Part shown: positions 55,929 to 64,000 of the stretch, in pieces
Layout of the letters: each line of letters begins with the position of its first letter
Numbering within the stretch: the stretch's first letter is position 1
NCBI GenBank assembly: GCA_043807585.1
Contig: JAZDFV010000001.1
Coordinates: 46,590-110,589 of the forward strand
Direction: 5' to 3'
Length of the DNA: 64,000 bases
Origin: Candidatus Jorgensenbacteria bacterium
GTDB taxonomy: Bacteria; Patescibacteriota; Minisyncoccia; UBA6257; GWB1-50-10
Made by a program: the position numbers and the translations under genes
The notes under the pieces: generated by a model
Told to the model about the DNA's origin: nothing
What the model saw: only the letters and a program-made list of their open reading frames with translations
Databases searched by the model: none

Positions 55929-57434
55929 ATGGTACGCCTCTTCGAGCTGTTCCCCGGGGCGCTCTCGTGGGTGACGCTACTCGGCCTCATCTTTCTCTCT
56001 TGGCGACTGCCCGTAGTGGTGGCGGTGTTCATCGTGCTCTACGACCTCTACTGGCTCTTGAAGACCATCTACCTTTTTTTTCATCTGCGATTCTCTTTTG
56101 CGCGGATGAAGGAATATTTGAAAACCGACTGGCTCGCAAAACTCCGGGTGCTTCCATACCGCGACCGCGAGCCGCGGCGATGGGATGAGATATTCCACCT
56201 CGTGATACTCCCAATGTGCCACGAGCCCTATGAGCTTGTGTGCGGCACCCTTCGAAGCTTGGCGGCGGTGAATTACCCCCTGGAGAAGCTCCTCATAGTG
56301 CTCGCTACTGAGGCGCGCGCGGGGGAAGCGGATGCGGCGCTCGCCGCGCGCATCGAGGAGGAGTTCGGTGAGAAGTTCGGGGGATTTCTCATCACGACTC
56401 ACCCCGCGGGGCTCCCTGGCGAACTCCCCGGAAAGGGCTCCAACGAAAAGTGGGGAGTGCAGCGGGCGCTCGCCGACCTCATTGACCGCCGTGCCATTCC
56501 CCGCTCAAACGTACTTGTCTCGGTATTCGATATCGATACGCGCCCGGGGCCGGAGTACTTCGGGGTGCTCGCCTACCACTTCCTGACCGAGCCGCGCAGC
56601 GACCGAGCGAGCTATCAACCTATCCCCCTTTTCATCAACAACATTCACGGCGTGCCAATGTTCGCGCGCATCATTGCGTTCGTCGCCACGTTCTGGCAGT
56701 TCATGCAGCAGTCGCGGCGTGATCAGCTCGTCACCTTTTCTTCGCACAGTATGCCGCTCGAGCCGCTCGTGGAGATCGGTTTTTGGGATACCGATATCGT
56801 TTCCGAGGACTCGCGCATTTTTTTCCAGTGTCTCACCCACTACCGTGGTGACTGGCGCACGGTCCCGCTCTTTTACCCCATCTACATGGATGCGGTTTCT
56901 GGTCCCACGACAGTGGAGGCGCTCAAAAACCTATACAAACAGCAGCGGAGGTGGGCGTGGGGTATTGAGAACATCCCCTACGTGTTCTCTCGGTTCGTCC
57001 GTGACAGGGGACTTTCCCTCCGGCGCAAGCTTTCCTGGTCCTTCATGCTCACTGAAGGGTTCTATTCATGGGCGACAAGCTCGTTCATTATCTTTCTCTT
57101 CGGGTGGCTTCCCAACCTCCTCGGGGGCGATGCGTTCCGCCGCTCGGTGCTCTCCGCAAATCTCCCCGGCGTGACCGGCTTTCTCATCAACCTTTCCACC
57201 GTGGGCATCATCACCTTCGCGTTCGTGAGCATTTTCCTAATACCGCCGCTCCCAACCGGCGAACGGCTGAGGCTACGCCATTACGCCCTCTATCTCTTCC
57301 AGTGGTTCCTTATTCCCATCACCTTCATTTTCTGGAGCGCGGTTCCCGCGCTCGAGGCGCAAACCCGCATGATGCTGGGGGGGCGCTTCAAGTTGGGGTT
57401 TTGGAAAACGCCGAAGGGTGCCGCGTCATCATGA
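55929..57434 (+). CDS. GT2 family processive membrane glycosyltransferase
   Basis: GKGSN, FDID, SED and Q..RW motifs; several TMs. Confidence 0.9.
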   Translation: MVRLFELFPGALSWVTLLGLIFLSWRLPVVVAVFIVLYDLYWLLKTIYLFFHLRFSFARMKEYLKTDWLAKLRVLPYRDREPRRWDEIFHLVILPMCHEPYELVCGTLRSLAAVNYPLEKLLIVLATEARAGEADAALAARIEEEFGEKFGGFLITTHPAGLPGELPGKGSNEKWGVQRALADLIDRRAIPRSNVLVSVFDIDTRPGPEYFGVLAYHFLTEPRSDRASYQPIPLFINNIHGVPMFARIIAFVATFWQFMQQSRRDQLVTFSSHSMPLEPLVEIGFWDTDIVSEDSRIFFQCLTHYRGDWRTVPLFYPIYMDAVSGPTTVEALKNLYKQQRRWAWGIENIPYVFSRFVRDRGLSLRRKLSWSFMLTEGFYSWATSSFIIFLFGWLPNLLGGDAFRRSVLSANLPGVTGFLINLSTVGIITFAFVSIFLIPPLPTGERLRLRHYALYLFQWFLIPITFIFWSAVPALEAQTRMMLGGRFKLGFWKTPKGAASS

Positions 57435-57435
57435 A

Positions 57436-57966
57436 ATGAAAGAGTATGTGACCCAGGCAATCGTCCTTGGGGTGCGGGGTTCCGGAGAGCGGGATCGCGT
57501 GGTCCGCCTTTTCTCCAAGGAACTGGGGACGCTCGAGGCGCGCGTGGTGGGAGGCCGGCGGGTGCTTTCCAAGTTTGCGTCCCACCTGGACCCGGGGAAC
57601 CTCGCAATCGTCCGCCTGGTAAAGAAGAACGCCTATACGGTGGCAGATGTGGTGAGCGGAGAGCGGTTCACGAAACTCCGCCGGACAACGAAGGAATTTG
57701 CCCGCGCGCTTGCGCTTCTCTCCCTCCTGTCCCGTCTCCTCCCGCGGGAGGCACCGGATCTGCGCCTCTGGCACTTCGTGGCGCGTTCGTTCGCCACTGC
57801 GCGCGTGGATGTGGGAGCGACCCTGAAACTCCTGGGGTATGATCCGCTCCACGCCACTTGCGAAGTGTGCGGGCGGAAGCGCCCTTCGTATTTCGTGCCC
57901 GCCACCCAGTCGTTCATTTGCGTTTTGTGTCGTGGGAAATTCGGTGCGGATGGGGTATTATGGTAA
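57436..57966 (+). CDS. recO: DNA repair protein RecO
   Basis: AIVL....GE.DR...LFSKELG, SK...HL; C4 zinc finger. Confidence 0.85.
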   Translation: MKEYVTQAIVLGVRGSGERDRVVRLFSKELGTLEARVVGGRRVLSKFASHLDPGNLAIVRLVKKNAYTVADVVSGERFTKLRRTTKEFARALALLSLLSRLLPREAPDLRLWHFVARSFATARVDVGATLKLLGYDPLHATCEVCGRKRPSYFVPATQSFICVLCRGKFGADGVLW

Positions 57967-58055
57967 GTACGATCCGAAACGACGAATCTATCTGAGTATT
58001 CTGAATAAATCCGAACTCGTTCGTAGCAGATTTGTGGATTCGGATGCATTCGTAG
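57967..58055. repeat. Inverted array of TACGA/TCCGAA-like units
   Basis: ACGATCCGAAACGACGAAT...ATTCGGATGCATTCGTA; similar to 6448-6537. Confidence 0.55.
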
Positions 58056-58072
58056 TTTTAAATCGCGTTATC

Positions 58073-59944
58073 ATGTCACTCGATAGTTTGGAAAAACGTT
58101 TGTATACGGAGAAAGGTACCCGCCGCACCACACCTCGCCCCCGCGGGGAGGTTGGACGTGGAAACCCCGCGGTCCCGGAGGAGTGGCAGCGTGAGGGAAT
58201 GAAGGGTGAAACCCCCCGTCGCCCGTTTTTCCGGTGGATGCTGGCGGCTGTGGCGGTGCTCGTTGTCCTTGCGGTTGGAATCGCGGTTCTCTTATTGGGC
58301 TCCGGAGGAGGCGGCGGGGAGAATACTTCTCTCACGCTTTATGCCCCGTCGGAAATCTACCGCGGGGTGCCATTTGCCCTTGAGGTGAATGTGGAAAACC
58401 AGCTTGATGCGGTGATTCGCGACGCGGCACTCACCCTGAACCTTCCGGCGGGGCTCGTCTCCGTAGACAATATCGGGACCAACCTCGCTATCACGAACGA
58501 ATCCATCGGGGACATCGGGGGGAGGACTGTGGCAAAGAAATCATTCCGTCTCCTTGCGGTTGGGCCGCCAGATTCGCTGCAGAAGGCGAACGTCACCCTC
58601 TCATACGGAACGGGTGGACGGAGCCGCTTCCAGGTGAGCGCTGAGAAGGAGATAATCGTGAACCGAGAGGCGGTGAAGCTCACAGTGACAAAGCCGGAGC
58701 GGGTGATTTCCGGTTCGTCATTTGAATTGGAAGTGGGGTATGAGAACGGTTCCACGTTTGGTTTCTCCGACGTGACTCTCCGCATGAAGTATCCGGACGG
58801 GTTCCGCTTCCAATCGGCAAGCATGAACCCAGATTCATTAGACAGCTCCTGGCGCCTGGGGGCGCTCCAGGCGGGTTCCAAGGGCGTGCTCCGCGTGAAA
58901 GGTATTTTGACGGGAGCGGATGACGCGAAGTTTTCCCTGCCGGTCACCGTTGTCGCGAATTTCGGGGGTGAGGAGTATCCGCTCGCAGGGGAAGACGTGG
59001 CGCTGGCCTTGGCGCCCGCGCCGGTGAATCTTCAGGTGCTCGTGAACGGACGCAATGACTACGTGGCGCGCGTTGGGGACGCGCTTACCTACACCGTTTC
59101 CTACAAGAACGGGAGCGGTATTGCGCTTGCCGATGTGGTCCTGAAGCTCTCGCTCTCCGGCGAACTCTTTAACTTCACGACCTTGGACACCGACGGGCAG
59201 ATCGACTCGCTTACCAACACAATCACCTGGAATGCCGGGAACGTCCCAGCATTCCGCCTTCTGGACCCGGGCGCCTCAGGAGAGGTACGTGTGACGGTGC
59301 ACCTGGCGTCCACCTTCCCCATTCGGCGGTTCTCCGACAAGAATTTCCTTATCCGTGCCCAGGCACGGGTGGATTCCCCATCGGTTCCCTCCTACCTTGC
59401 TGCGGACAAAACGACCGCCCTCGCGGGTTTGGAAACCAAGGTGGCGGGTCTCGCCGTGGTGGACGCGCAGGCATTCTTCCGCGACGTGGCGGCGGGGATG
59501 TTGAACGAGGGAGAGATGCCCCCGCGGGTGGGGCAGTCCACCGAGTACACCATTCACTGGGTGCTTAAGAACTACGGCACCGACGTGACGAACGTGGTGG
59601 TAAGCGCGTTTCTCCAATCGGGTGTCACGTGGGCCGGGCTAGTGAAAAGCAGCATTGATGTGGTGCCGTCCTGGAACGAGCGGACCGGCGAGGTTACGTG
59701 GCAGATAGACAAGATTGCGGCGACCAAGGGGGTCATTTCCAATCCCATTGAGGCGGTTTTCCAGGTGCGGGCGACGCCCGATGCAACGAAAGTGGGGCAG
59801 AACCAGCCGCTCATAGGCGAGACGACGCTCAAAGCCACCGACGATTTCACTGGCTTGGAGCTTACCAGTCGCGATGCGGGGCTCACCACGGCGCTCCCCG
59901 ACGACCACACCGTTGGCCAGGATGCGGGGAGGGTGATACCGTAG
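58073..59944 (+). CDS. Membrane-anchored multi-Ig-like (DUF11-type) surface protein
   Basis: L..LE.RLY, TM, repeated Y.N / W.LG.L..G beta motifs, P.VG..T.YTI.W. Confidence 0.8.
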   Translation: MSLDSLEKRLYTEKGTRRTTPRPRGEVGRGNPAVPEEWQREGMKGETPRRPFFRWMLAAVAVLVVLAVGIAVLLLGSGGGGGENTSLTLYAPSEIYRGVPFALEVNVENQLDAVIRDAALTLNLPAGLVSVDNIGTNLAITNESIGDIGGRTVAKKSFRLLAVGPPDSLQKANVTLSYGTGGRSRFQVSAEKEIIVNREAVKLTVTKPERVISGSSFELEVGYENGSTFGFSDVTLRMKYPDGFRFQSASMNPDSLDSSWRLGALQAGSKGVLRVKGILTGADDAKFSLPVTVVANFGGEEYPLAGEDVALALAPAPVNLQVLVNGRNDYVARVGDALTYTVSYKNGSGIALADVVLKLSLSGELFNFTTLDTDGQIDSLTNTITWNAGNVPAFRLLDPGASGEVRVTVHLASTFPIRRFSDKNFLIRAQARVDSPSVPSYLAADKTTALAGLETKVAGLAVVDAQAFFRDVAAGMLNEGEMPPRVGQSTEYTIHWVLKNYGTDVTNVVVSAFLQSGVTWAGLVKSSIDVVPSWNERTGEVTWQIDKIAATKGVISNPIEAVFQVRATPDATKVGQNQPLIGETTLKATDDFTGLELTSRDAGLTTALPDDHTVGQDAGRVIP

Positions 59945-59947
59945 AGG

Positions 59948-60085
59948 AAATTTCTAATTACTAATTTCTAATGTCTAACCAAATTTTCATTTCTCAATAA
60001 CCATTGATCGGGAATCTTAGAAATTAGACATTTACTTATTTAGATATTGATTAGAAATTAGGTTAATTAGGGATTAGAAATTTTT
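59948..60085. repeat. Inverted array of degenerate 7-mers
   Basis: TTTCTAA/TTACTAA units versus TTAGAAA/TTAGACA. Confidence 0.8.
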
Positions 60086-60088
60086 ATT

Positions 60089-61444
60089 ATGGATCTATTA
60101 GAAAAAATTGTCTCGTTGGCCAAGCGGCGGGGGTTTGTCTACCCCGGCTCCGAGATCTACGGAGGATTTGCAGGTACCTATGACTTTGGGCACTACGGCG
60201 TCGCGCTTCGGCACAACATTGTGGAAATGTGGAAACGGGATCTTCAGAAACATGGCGAGATTGCATTTATCGAATCAAGTATTTTTTCTGCGCCGAAGGT
60301 GTGGGAAGCGAGCGGGCACGTGAGCGGTTTTTCCGACCCGCTCGTGATCTGCAGCGCGTGTCACGCCAAGTATCGGGCTGATCATCTTCTTGGGTCAGTG
60401 GGTGTCGCGGCGGACGAAAAGATGACGGAAGCAGAACTGAACGTGCTCTTTGACGCACACCGCAAGGATCTAAAATGCCAAAGCTGCGGCAAAAAGAATT
60501 TCGGCCGTGTGACTGCAAAAAGTCTTCTCGTAACCTCCACGCTGGGAGTGTTCGAGGAGGGTGACCAGGAAGTATACCTACGAGGTGAAACAGCGCAGGG
60601 AATCTACATTAATTTCAAAAATGTATTGAACACCGGCTCTTATTCCGTTCCGTTCGGCATCGCGCAGGTCGGAAAGGTATTTCGGAACGAGATTAGTCCC
60701 CGCCAGTTTCTTTTCCGTATGCGCGAGTTCGAACAGATGGAAATGCAGTACTTCGTGCATCCGAGGGACGCCCAAAAGGCGTATGAGTGTTGGAAGAAAG
60801 CGCGCATGGAATACTACACGGAAGTATTGGGTATTGCGAAGGAAAAATTACGTTGGGAGCAGCACAAACACCTCGTCTTCTACGCGAAGGACGCGTGGGA
60901 CATCCAATACGAGTTTCCCTTCGGTTGGAACGAGCTGGAAGGGGTGCATTATCGGGGCGATTACGACCTTTCCCAGCACCAGAAATTTTCAGGAGCCGAC
61001 ACCACGGTCTACGAAGAAGAGACGAAAGAGCGTTATACCCCGCATGTGGTGGAAACTTCGGTGGGCGTTGAGCGCACCATCCTTGCGCTCCTCTGCGACG
61101 CGTATTCCGAGGACGGGAAGCGTGTGGTGATGAAGTTTCATCCGAAAATTGCGCCGGTGAAAGTAGCGGTGTTTCCGCTCCTCGCAAACAAGCCGGACTT
61201 GGTGAAACTCGCACGGAAAATCTACGACGAACTGAAACAGGAATTTGTGGTTGCCTGGGACGACCGTGGAAACATCGGCAAGCGCTACTACGCGCAGGAC
61301 GAGATCGGCACCCCCTTCTGCATCACTGTGGATTTTGACTCGCTCGAGAAGAACGACGTGACGGTGCGGGACAGGGATACGATGAAGCAGGAGAGGGTGA
61401 AAATACAAGAACTCAAAGAATACATACAAAAGCGCCTCGAATGA
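60089..61444 (+). CDS. glyQS: Glycine--tRNA ligase (homodimeric type)
   Basis: KRRGF, LRGETAQG, FRNEI, REFEQME, IGKRY..QDEIGTP. Confidence 0.96.
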   Translation: MDLLEKIVSLAKRRGFVYPGSEIYGGFAGTYDFGHYGVALRHNIVEMWKRDLQKHGEIAFIESSIFSAPKVWEASGHVSGFSDPLVICSACHAKYRADHLLGSVGVAADEKMTEAELNVLFDAHRKDLKCQSCGKKNFGRVTAKSLLVTSTLGVFEEGDQEVYLRGETAQGIYINFKNVLNTGSYSVPFGIAQVGKVFRNEISPRQFLFRMREFEQMEMQYFVHPRDAQKAYECWKKARMEYYTEVLGIAKEKLRWEQHKHLVFYAKDAWDIQYEFPFGWNELEGVHYRGDYDLSQHQKFSGADTTVYEEETKERYTPHVVETSVGVERTILALLCDAYSEDGKRVVMKFHPKIAPVKVAVFPLLANKPDLVKLARKIYDELKQEFVVAWDDRGNIGKRYYAQDEIGTPFCITVDFDSLEKNDVTVRDRDTMKQERVKIQELKEYIQKRLE

Positions 61445-61471
61445 GGCGCTTTTTATCGCTTGTACCACGGA

Positions 61472-61603
61472 GGGTGCTTCGATTAATCGAAGCACCCACC
61501 GAAAAGGCATCGGTTGCCGATTGTCGTGTCTCTTTGCAATACGATAGGTGGCATGCGGAAAAGTTTTTTAAAACTCACCCTCCCCAACGGCCTCCAGATT
61601 CTT
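61472..61603 (+). repeat. Direct repeat of about 130 bp, copy 1 (perfect palindrome, promoter and M16 5' relic)
   Basis: GGGTGCTTCGATTAATCGAAGCACCC...ATG CGG AAA AGT TTT TTA AAA CTC ACC CTC CCC AAC GGC CTC. Confidence 0.85.
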
Positions 61604-61697
61604 TTTTGCTTCGCTGATCGCTGCGCCACATAGGGTGCTTTGATTAATCAAGGCATGCCGGAGGCAGCACTCGTCTCTTGATAGCAGATTTCTGTTT

Positions 61698-62081
61698 TTA
61701 CAAGTCATTCAACCAGCGCCAGCGGCCGCGGCCCATGGGTGGAGGGGAAAGAAGAATGTGCCCTTTTTTGCGTGGTGTACGGAGCGGGCTGTACTGGCGC
61801 GGCGTCCTCGGTTTCCTCGTGAGACCGTGCTTCATGAAGCTGATTGCGGCGGGACCTATATCAATCGTGCGGCCAATTTCGCGATAGCTCATGCCGCGTG
61901 CGAGGAGGATGGGTACCGCGAGCCGCTTCTCGATGAGGAGTAGTTCGGTGGTGGTAAGGATTTTGGCGAGGGCGCGGAAAAGTTCATCGCCGGAAGTTGT
62001 TCCGTGGAGCAAGCGGCGCAGTCGTTCTCGCACCTCCTCCCGGAGTTTCGCGGGGAATTGGGTTTTATTTACGCGGGCCAT
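61698..62081 (-). CDS. Trp-repressor-like (YerC/YecD) HTH protein
   Basis: ILT..E.....KRLA...LL..G.SYREI.......IS. Confidence 0.8.
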   Translation of the reverse strand: MARVNKTQFPAKLREEVRERLRRLLHGTTSGDELFRALAKILTTTELLLIEKRLAVPILLARGMSYREIGRTIDIGPAAISFMKHGLTRKPRTPRQYSPLRTPRKKGHILLSPPPMGRGRWRWLNDL

Positions 62082-62117
62082 AGTGTGGGCATCAATGAAT
62101 CATGGCCATTATATCAC

Positions 62118-62251
62118 GGTGCTTCGATTAATCGAAGCACCCACCGAAAAGGGCATCGGTTGCCGATTATAGTGTCTCTTTGCGATACGACTAGGTGGCA
62201 TGCGGGGAAGTTTTCAAAGACCCCACTCTTCCCAATGACCTCCGGGTCATT
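62118..62251 (+). repeat. Direct repeat of about 130 bp, copy 2
   Basis: GGTGCTTCGATTAATCGAAGCACCCACCGAAAAGGGCATCGG...ACTCTTCCCAATGACCTCCGGGTCATT. Confidence 0.85.
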
Positions 62252-62263
62252 CGGATAAAAAGC

Positions 62264-62296
62264 AAAACCCCTTCGGATTTCTCCGAAGGGGCTTTT
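62264..62296 (-). terminator. Intrinsic terminator
   Basis: CCCCTTCGGA/TCCGAAGGGG stem with A/T tails. Confidence 0.7.
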
Positions 62297-62298
62297 CC

Positions 62299-62835
62299 TT
62301 AAGCGGTTTGCGCGAGCGGTTTATTCCTCGGTTTCATCGCCACAATAAGAGCCCTACCGATGAGGTACGAGCCAGCCAATGCAAGTACCATCCCAACGAG
62401 CACCATGGACCAGACCACCCCCCCTACCCTCTTAGGGAAAAAGACAAGAGAGTGACCGCGTAGTTCCGTTTCTTTAGTTTCAGTCGCAACCGTGATACTG
62501 CCCCAGCGTGGCGAGCCAAACCATTCCTCCGCGCTGAATAGGATGCCCTGCTCGGAGAGCAGGTAGCGCACAAGGCCGTTCTTGTTCCAGATGACGTGGA
62601 GCGTGTTTTGCGATTTCCCGGCACGCTCGATGATGTCGCCCGTAGATACAGAAACGACCACGCCTGGATTTTGCATTGAGACGTCTCCCTGAATGATTTG
62701 TGGCTTGCCGGCGACGGGGAATTCTATTGTGGTGGATTCGGGGAGGTTACCTATTGTCAGCACGGTTGTAATTGGAAAGACAGCGATAACAAGAAGCACC
62801 AGCCCGACCGCCAGTCGCAGCGCATTTGTTCCCAT
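62299..62835 (-). CDS. Accessory membrane protein (N- and C-terminal TMs)
   Basis: GAGG SD; TTGACA promoter at about 62917. Confidence 0.7.
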   Translation of the reverse strand: MGTNALRLAVGLVLLVIAVFPITTVLTIGNLPESTTIEFPVAGKPQIIQGDVSMQNPGVVVSVSTGDIIERAGKSQNTLHVIWNKNGLVRYLLSEQGILFSAEEWFGSPRWGSITVATETKETELRGHSLVFFPKRVGGVVWSMVLVGMVLALAGSYLIGRALIVAMKPRNKPLAQTA

Positions 62836-62980
62836 AGCAACCTCCTCTGTAATTGTGAATCTGCGGTGGTTTAAGTTTCCGCTGGCATATGTATACGCTT
62901 CAGGGGAATATTGTCAATGAGCGGGGTGGCACGATCTCCAAAAATTGCGCCCCTTGCGCCAGTGCCGTATGATGAACTCC

Positions 62981-64000
62981 ATGCAACCTTTCCAGAAACT
63001 GATTCTCAAGAACGGCCTGCGTGTCATCCTGGTACCGGAGCCGCAGAGTTTGGCAACCACGGTTTTGGTTTCGGTTGAGACAGGTTCAGAGTACGAAGCG
63101 AAGGAAATAAACGGCATCTCGCATTTTTTGGAGCACATGTGCTTCAAGGGCACCACGAACCGCCCGCGACACATTGACATCGCGAACGAGTTGGACGGCC
63201 TCGGCGCTGAATACAACGCGTTCACCAGCGAAGAATCAACGAGCTACTACGCGAAGGTGCGGAATGATGACTTTGAGAAAGCGCTGGATGTGGTGGCGGA
63301 TCTCTACCTCAACCCAACTTTTGATGCAGGCGAGATCGAAAAAGAACGCGGCGTGATTGTGGGCGAGATAAATATGTATGAGGACCTGCCCCAGCGGCGC
63401 GTGCAGGAATTCTTTATGGAACTCGTGTACGGCGACCAGCCGGCTGGTCGCTCCATTGCGGGGACAAAGGATATTGTCCAGAAGCTCCAGCGCGACGATT
63501 TCCTGAAGTACCGCGGAGCGCACTACCTTGCGTCAGCAACCGTGGTGACCATCGCGGGAGGTTTTTCCGCCAAAGGCGGATCCGCCTTCGGCGGAGACGT
63601 TGAGTATGCAACAAAGCTCGCTGAGCGGTATTTCAACTCGCTCGGTGTCGGCGAGAAAGGTGTTAAGCCGAAGACGGTGGAGGTTCAGAATGTACCGCGC
63701 GAGCTCGTCCGTTTTAAAGAGGTGGACCAGACCCATATGGTGATGGGATTCCGCGCGTTTGACATTCACGACGAACGGCGCTTTATGCTTATACTTCTAA
63801 CGGATATTTTGGGCGGCGGGATGGGATCGCGCCTTTTCCAGGTGGTGCGCGAAGAACTGGGTGCCGCGTACTACGTGCGTGCCTCCGCAGACCTCTATTC
63901 CGACCACGGGCTTGTGGCGATGAGCGCTGGAGTTCACCACGAAAAATTACCGGAGGTTATCACCGTATCGCTCAAGGAATTCGCGCGGTTTAAGGAGGAA
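62981..64000 (+). CDS. M16 (pitrilysin/insulinase) zinc peptidase, runs off window end
   Basis: MQPFQKLILKNGLRVI, HFLEHMCFKGT (HxxEH), NAFT, SRLF..VRE..G.AY; absent from the ORF track because it is incomplete. Confidence 0.93.
   Translation, partial: MQPFQKLILKNGLRVILVPEPQSLATTVLVSVETGSEYEAKEINGISHFLEHMCFKGTTNRPRHIDIANELDGLGAEYNAFTSEESTSYYAKVRNDDFEKALDVVADLYLNPTFDAGEIEKERGVIVGEINMYEDLPQRRVQEFFMELVYGDQPAGRSIAGTKDIVQKLQRDDFLKYRGAHYLASATVVTIAGGFSAKGGSAFGGDVEYATKLAERYFNSLGVGEKGVKPKTVEVQNVPRELVRFKEVDQTHMVMGFRAFDIHDERRFMLILLTDILGGGMGSRLFQVVREELGAAYYVRASADLYSDHGLVAMSAGVHHEKLPEVITVSLKEFARFKEE

Noticed and set aside
61472-62251. Diversity-generating retroelement TR/VR pair
   Set aside because: Differences between the repeats are not confined to adenines, and no reverse transcriptase is present.
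1-64000. Alternative genetic code (UGA read as Gly)
   Set aside because: Conserved genes translate fully under code 11, and several end at TGA where expected (glyQS, nusA, rsmA).

Overview
This is a gene-dense chromosomal window from what looks like a Patescibacteria (CPR, Parcubacteria-like) genome using the standard code, with TGA as a stop. The core backbone includes rsmA/ksgA, comM, pnp, rpsO, one Xer recombinase, gyrA, rpsA, ftsH, glyA, folD, recA, ftsK, valS, murD, nusA, tsaD, recO, glyQS and an M16 peptidase. It also carries tRNA-Leu(TAG), tRNA-Ile(TAT), tRNA-Val(TAC), five tandem VirB2-like pilins and a VirB6-like gene. Three unusual layers sit on this backbone. (1) Self-contained accessory genes, each with its own promoter, SD and terminator, lie between core genes. 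They are often bordered by short relic copies of the end of the neighbouring core gene (folD, recA, tsaD, murD and the M16 peptidase twice). The folD, tsaD and murD relics differ from the intact genes mostly at synonymous sites, so they look like pieces of foreign orthologs and suggest a recurrent gene-capture process at gene junctions. (2) Many families of small palindromic and 6/7/8/9-nt periodic repeats occur between genes and also sit in frame inside at least ten conserved proteins. (3) A TCCCGTTAGA...TCTAACGGGA miniature element with covarying terminal repeats lands on start codons. There are also regulator genes (PaaX/Cas2-fold and TrpR-like) bracketed by their own palindromes. All calls come from reading the sequence by eye; no searches were run.
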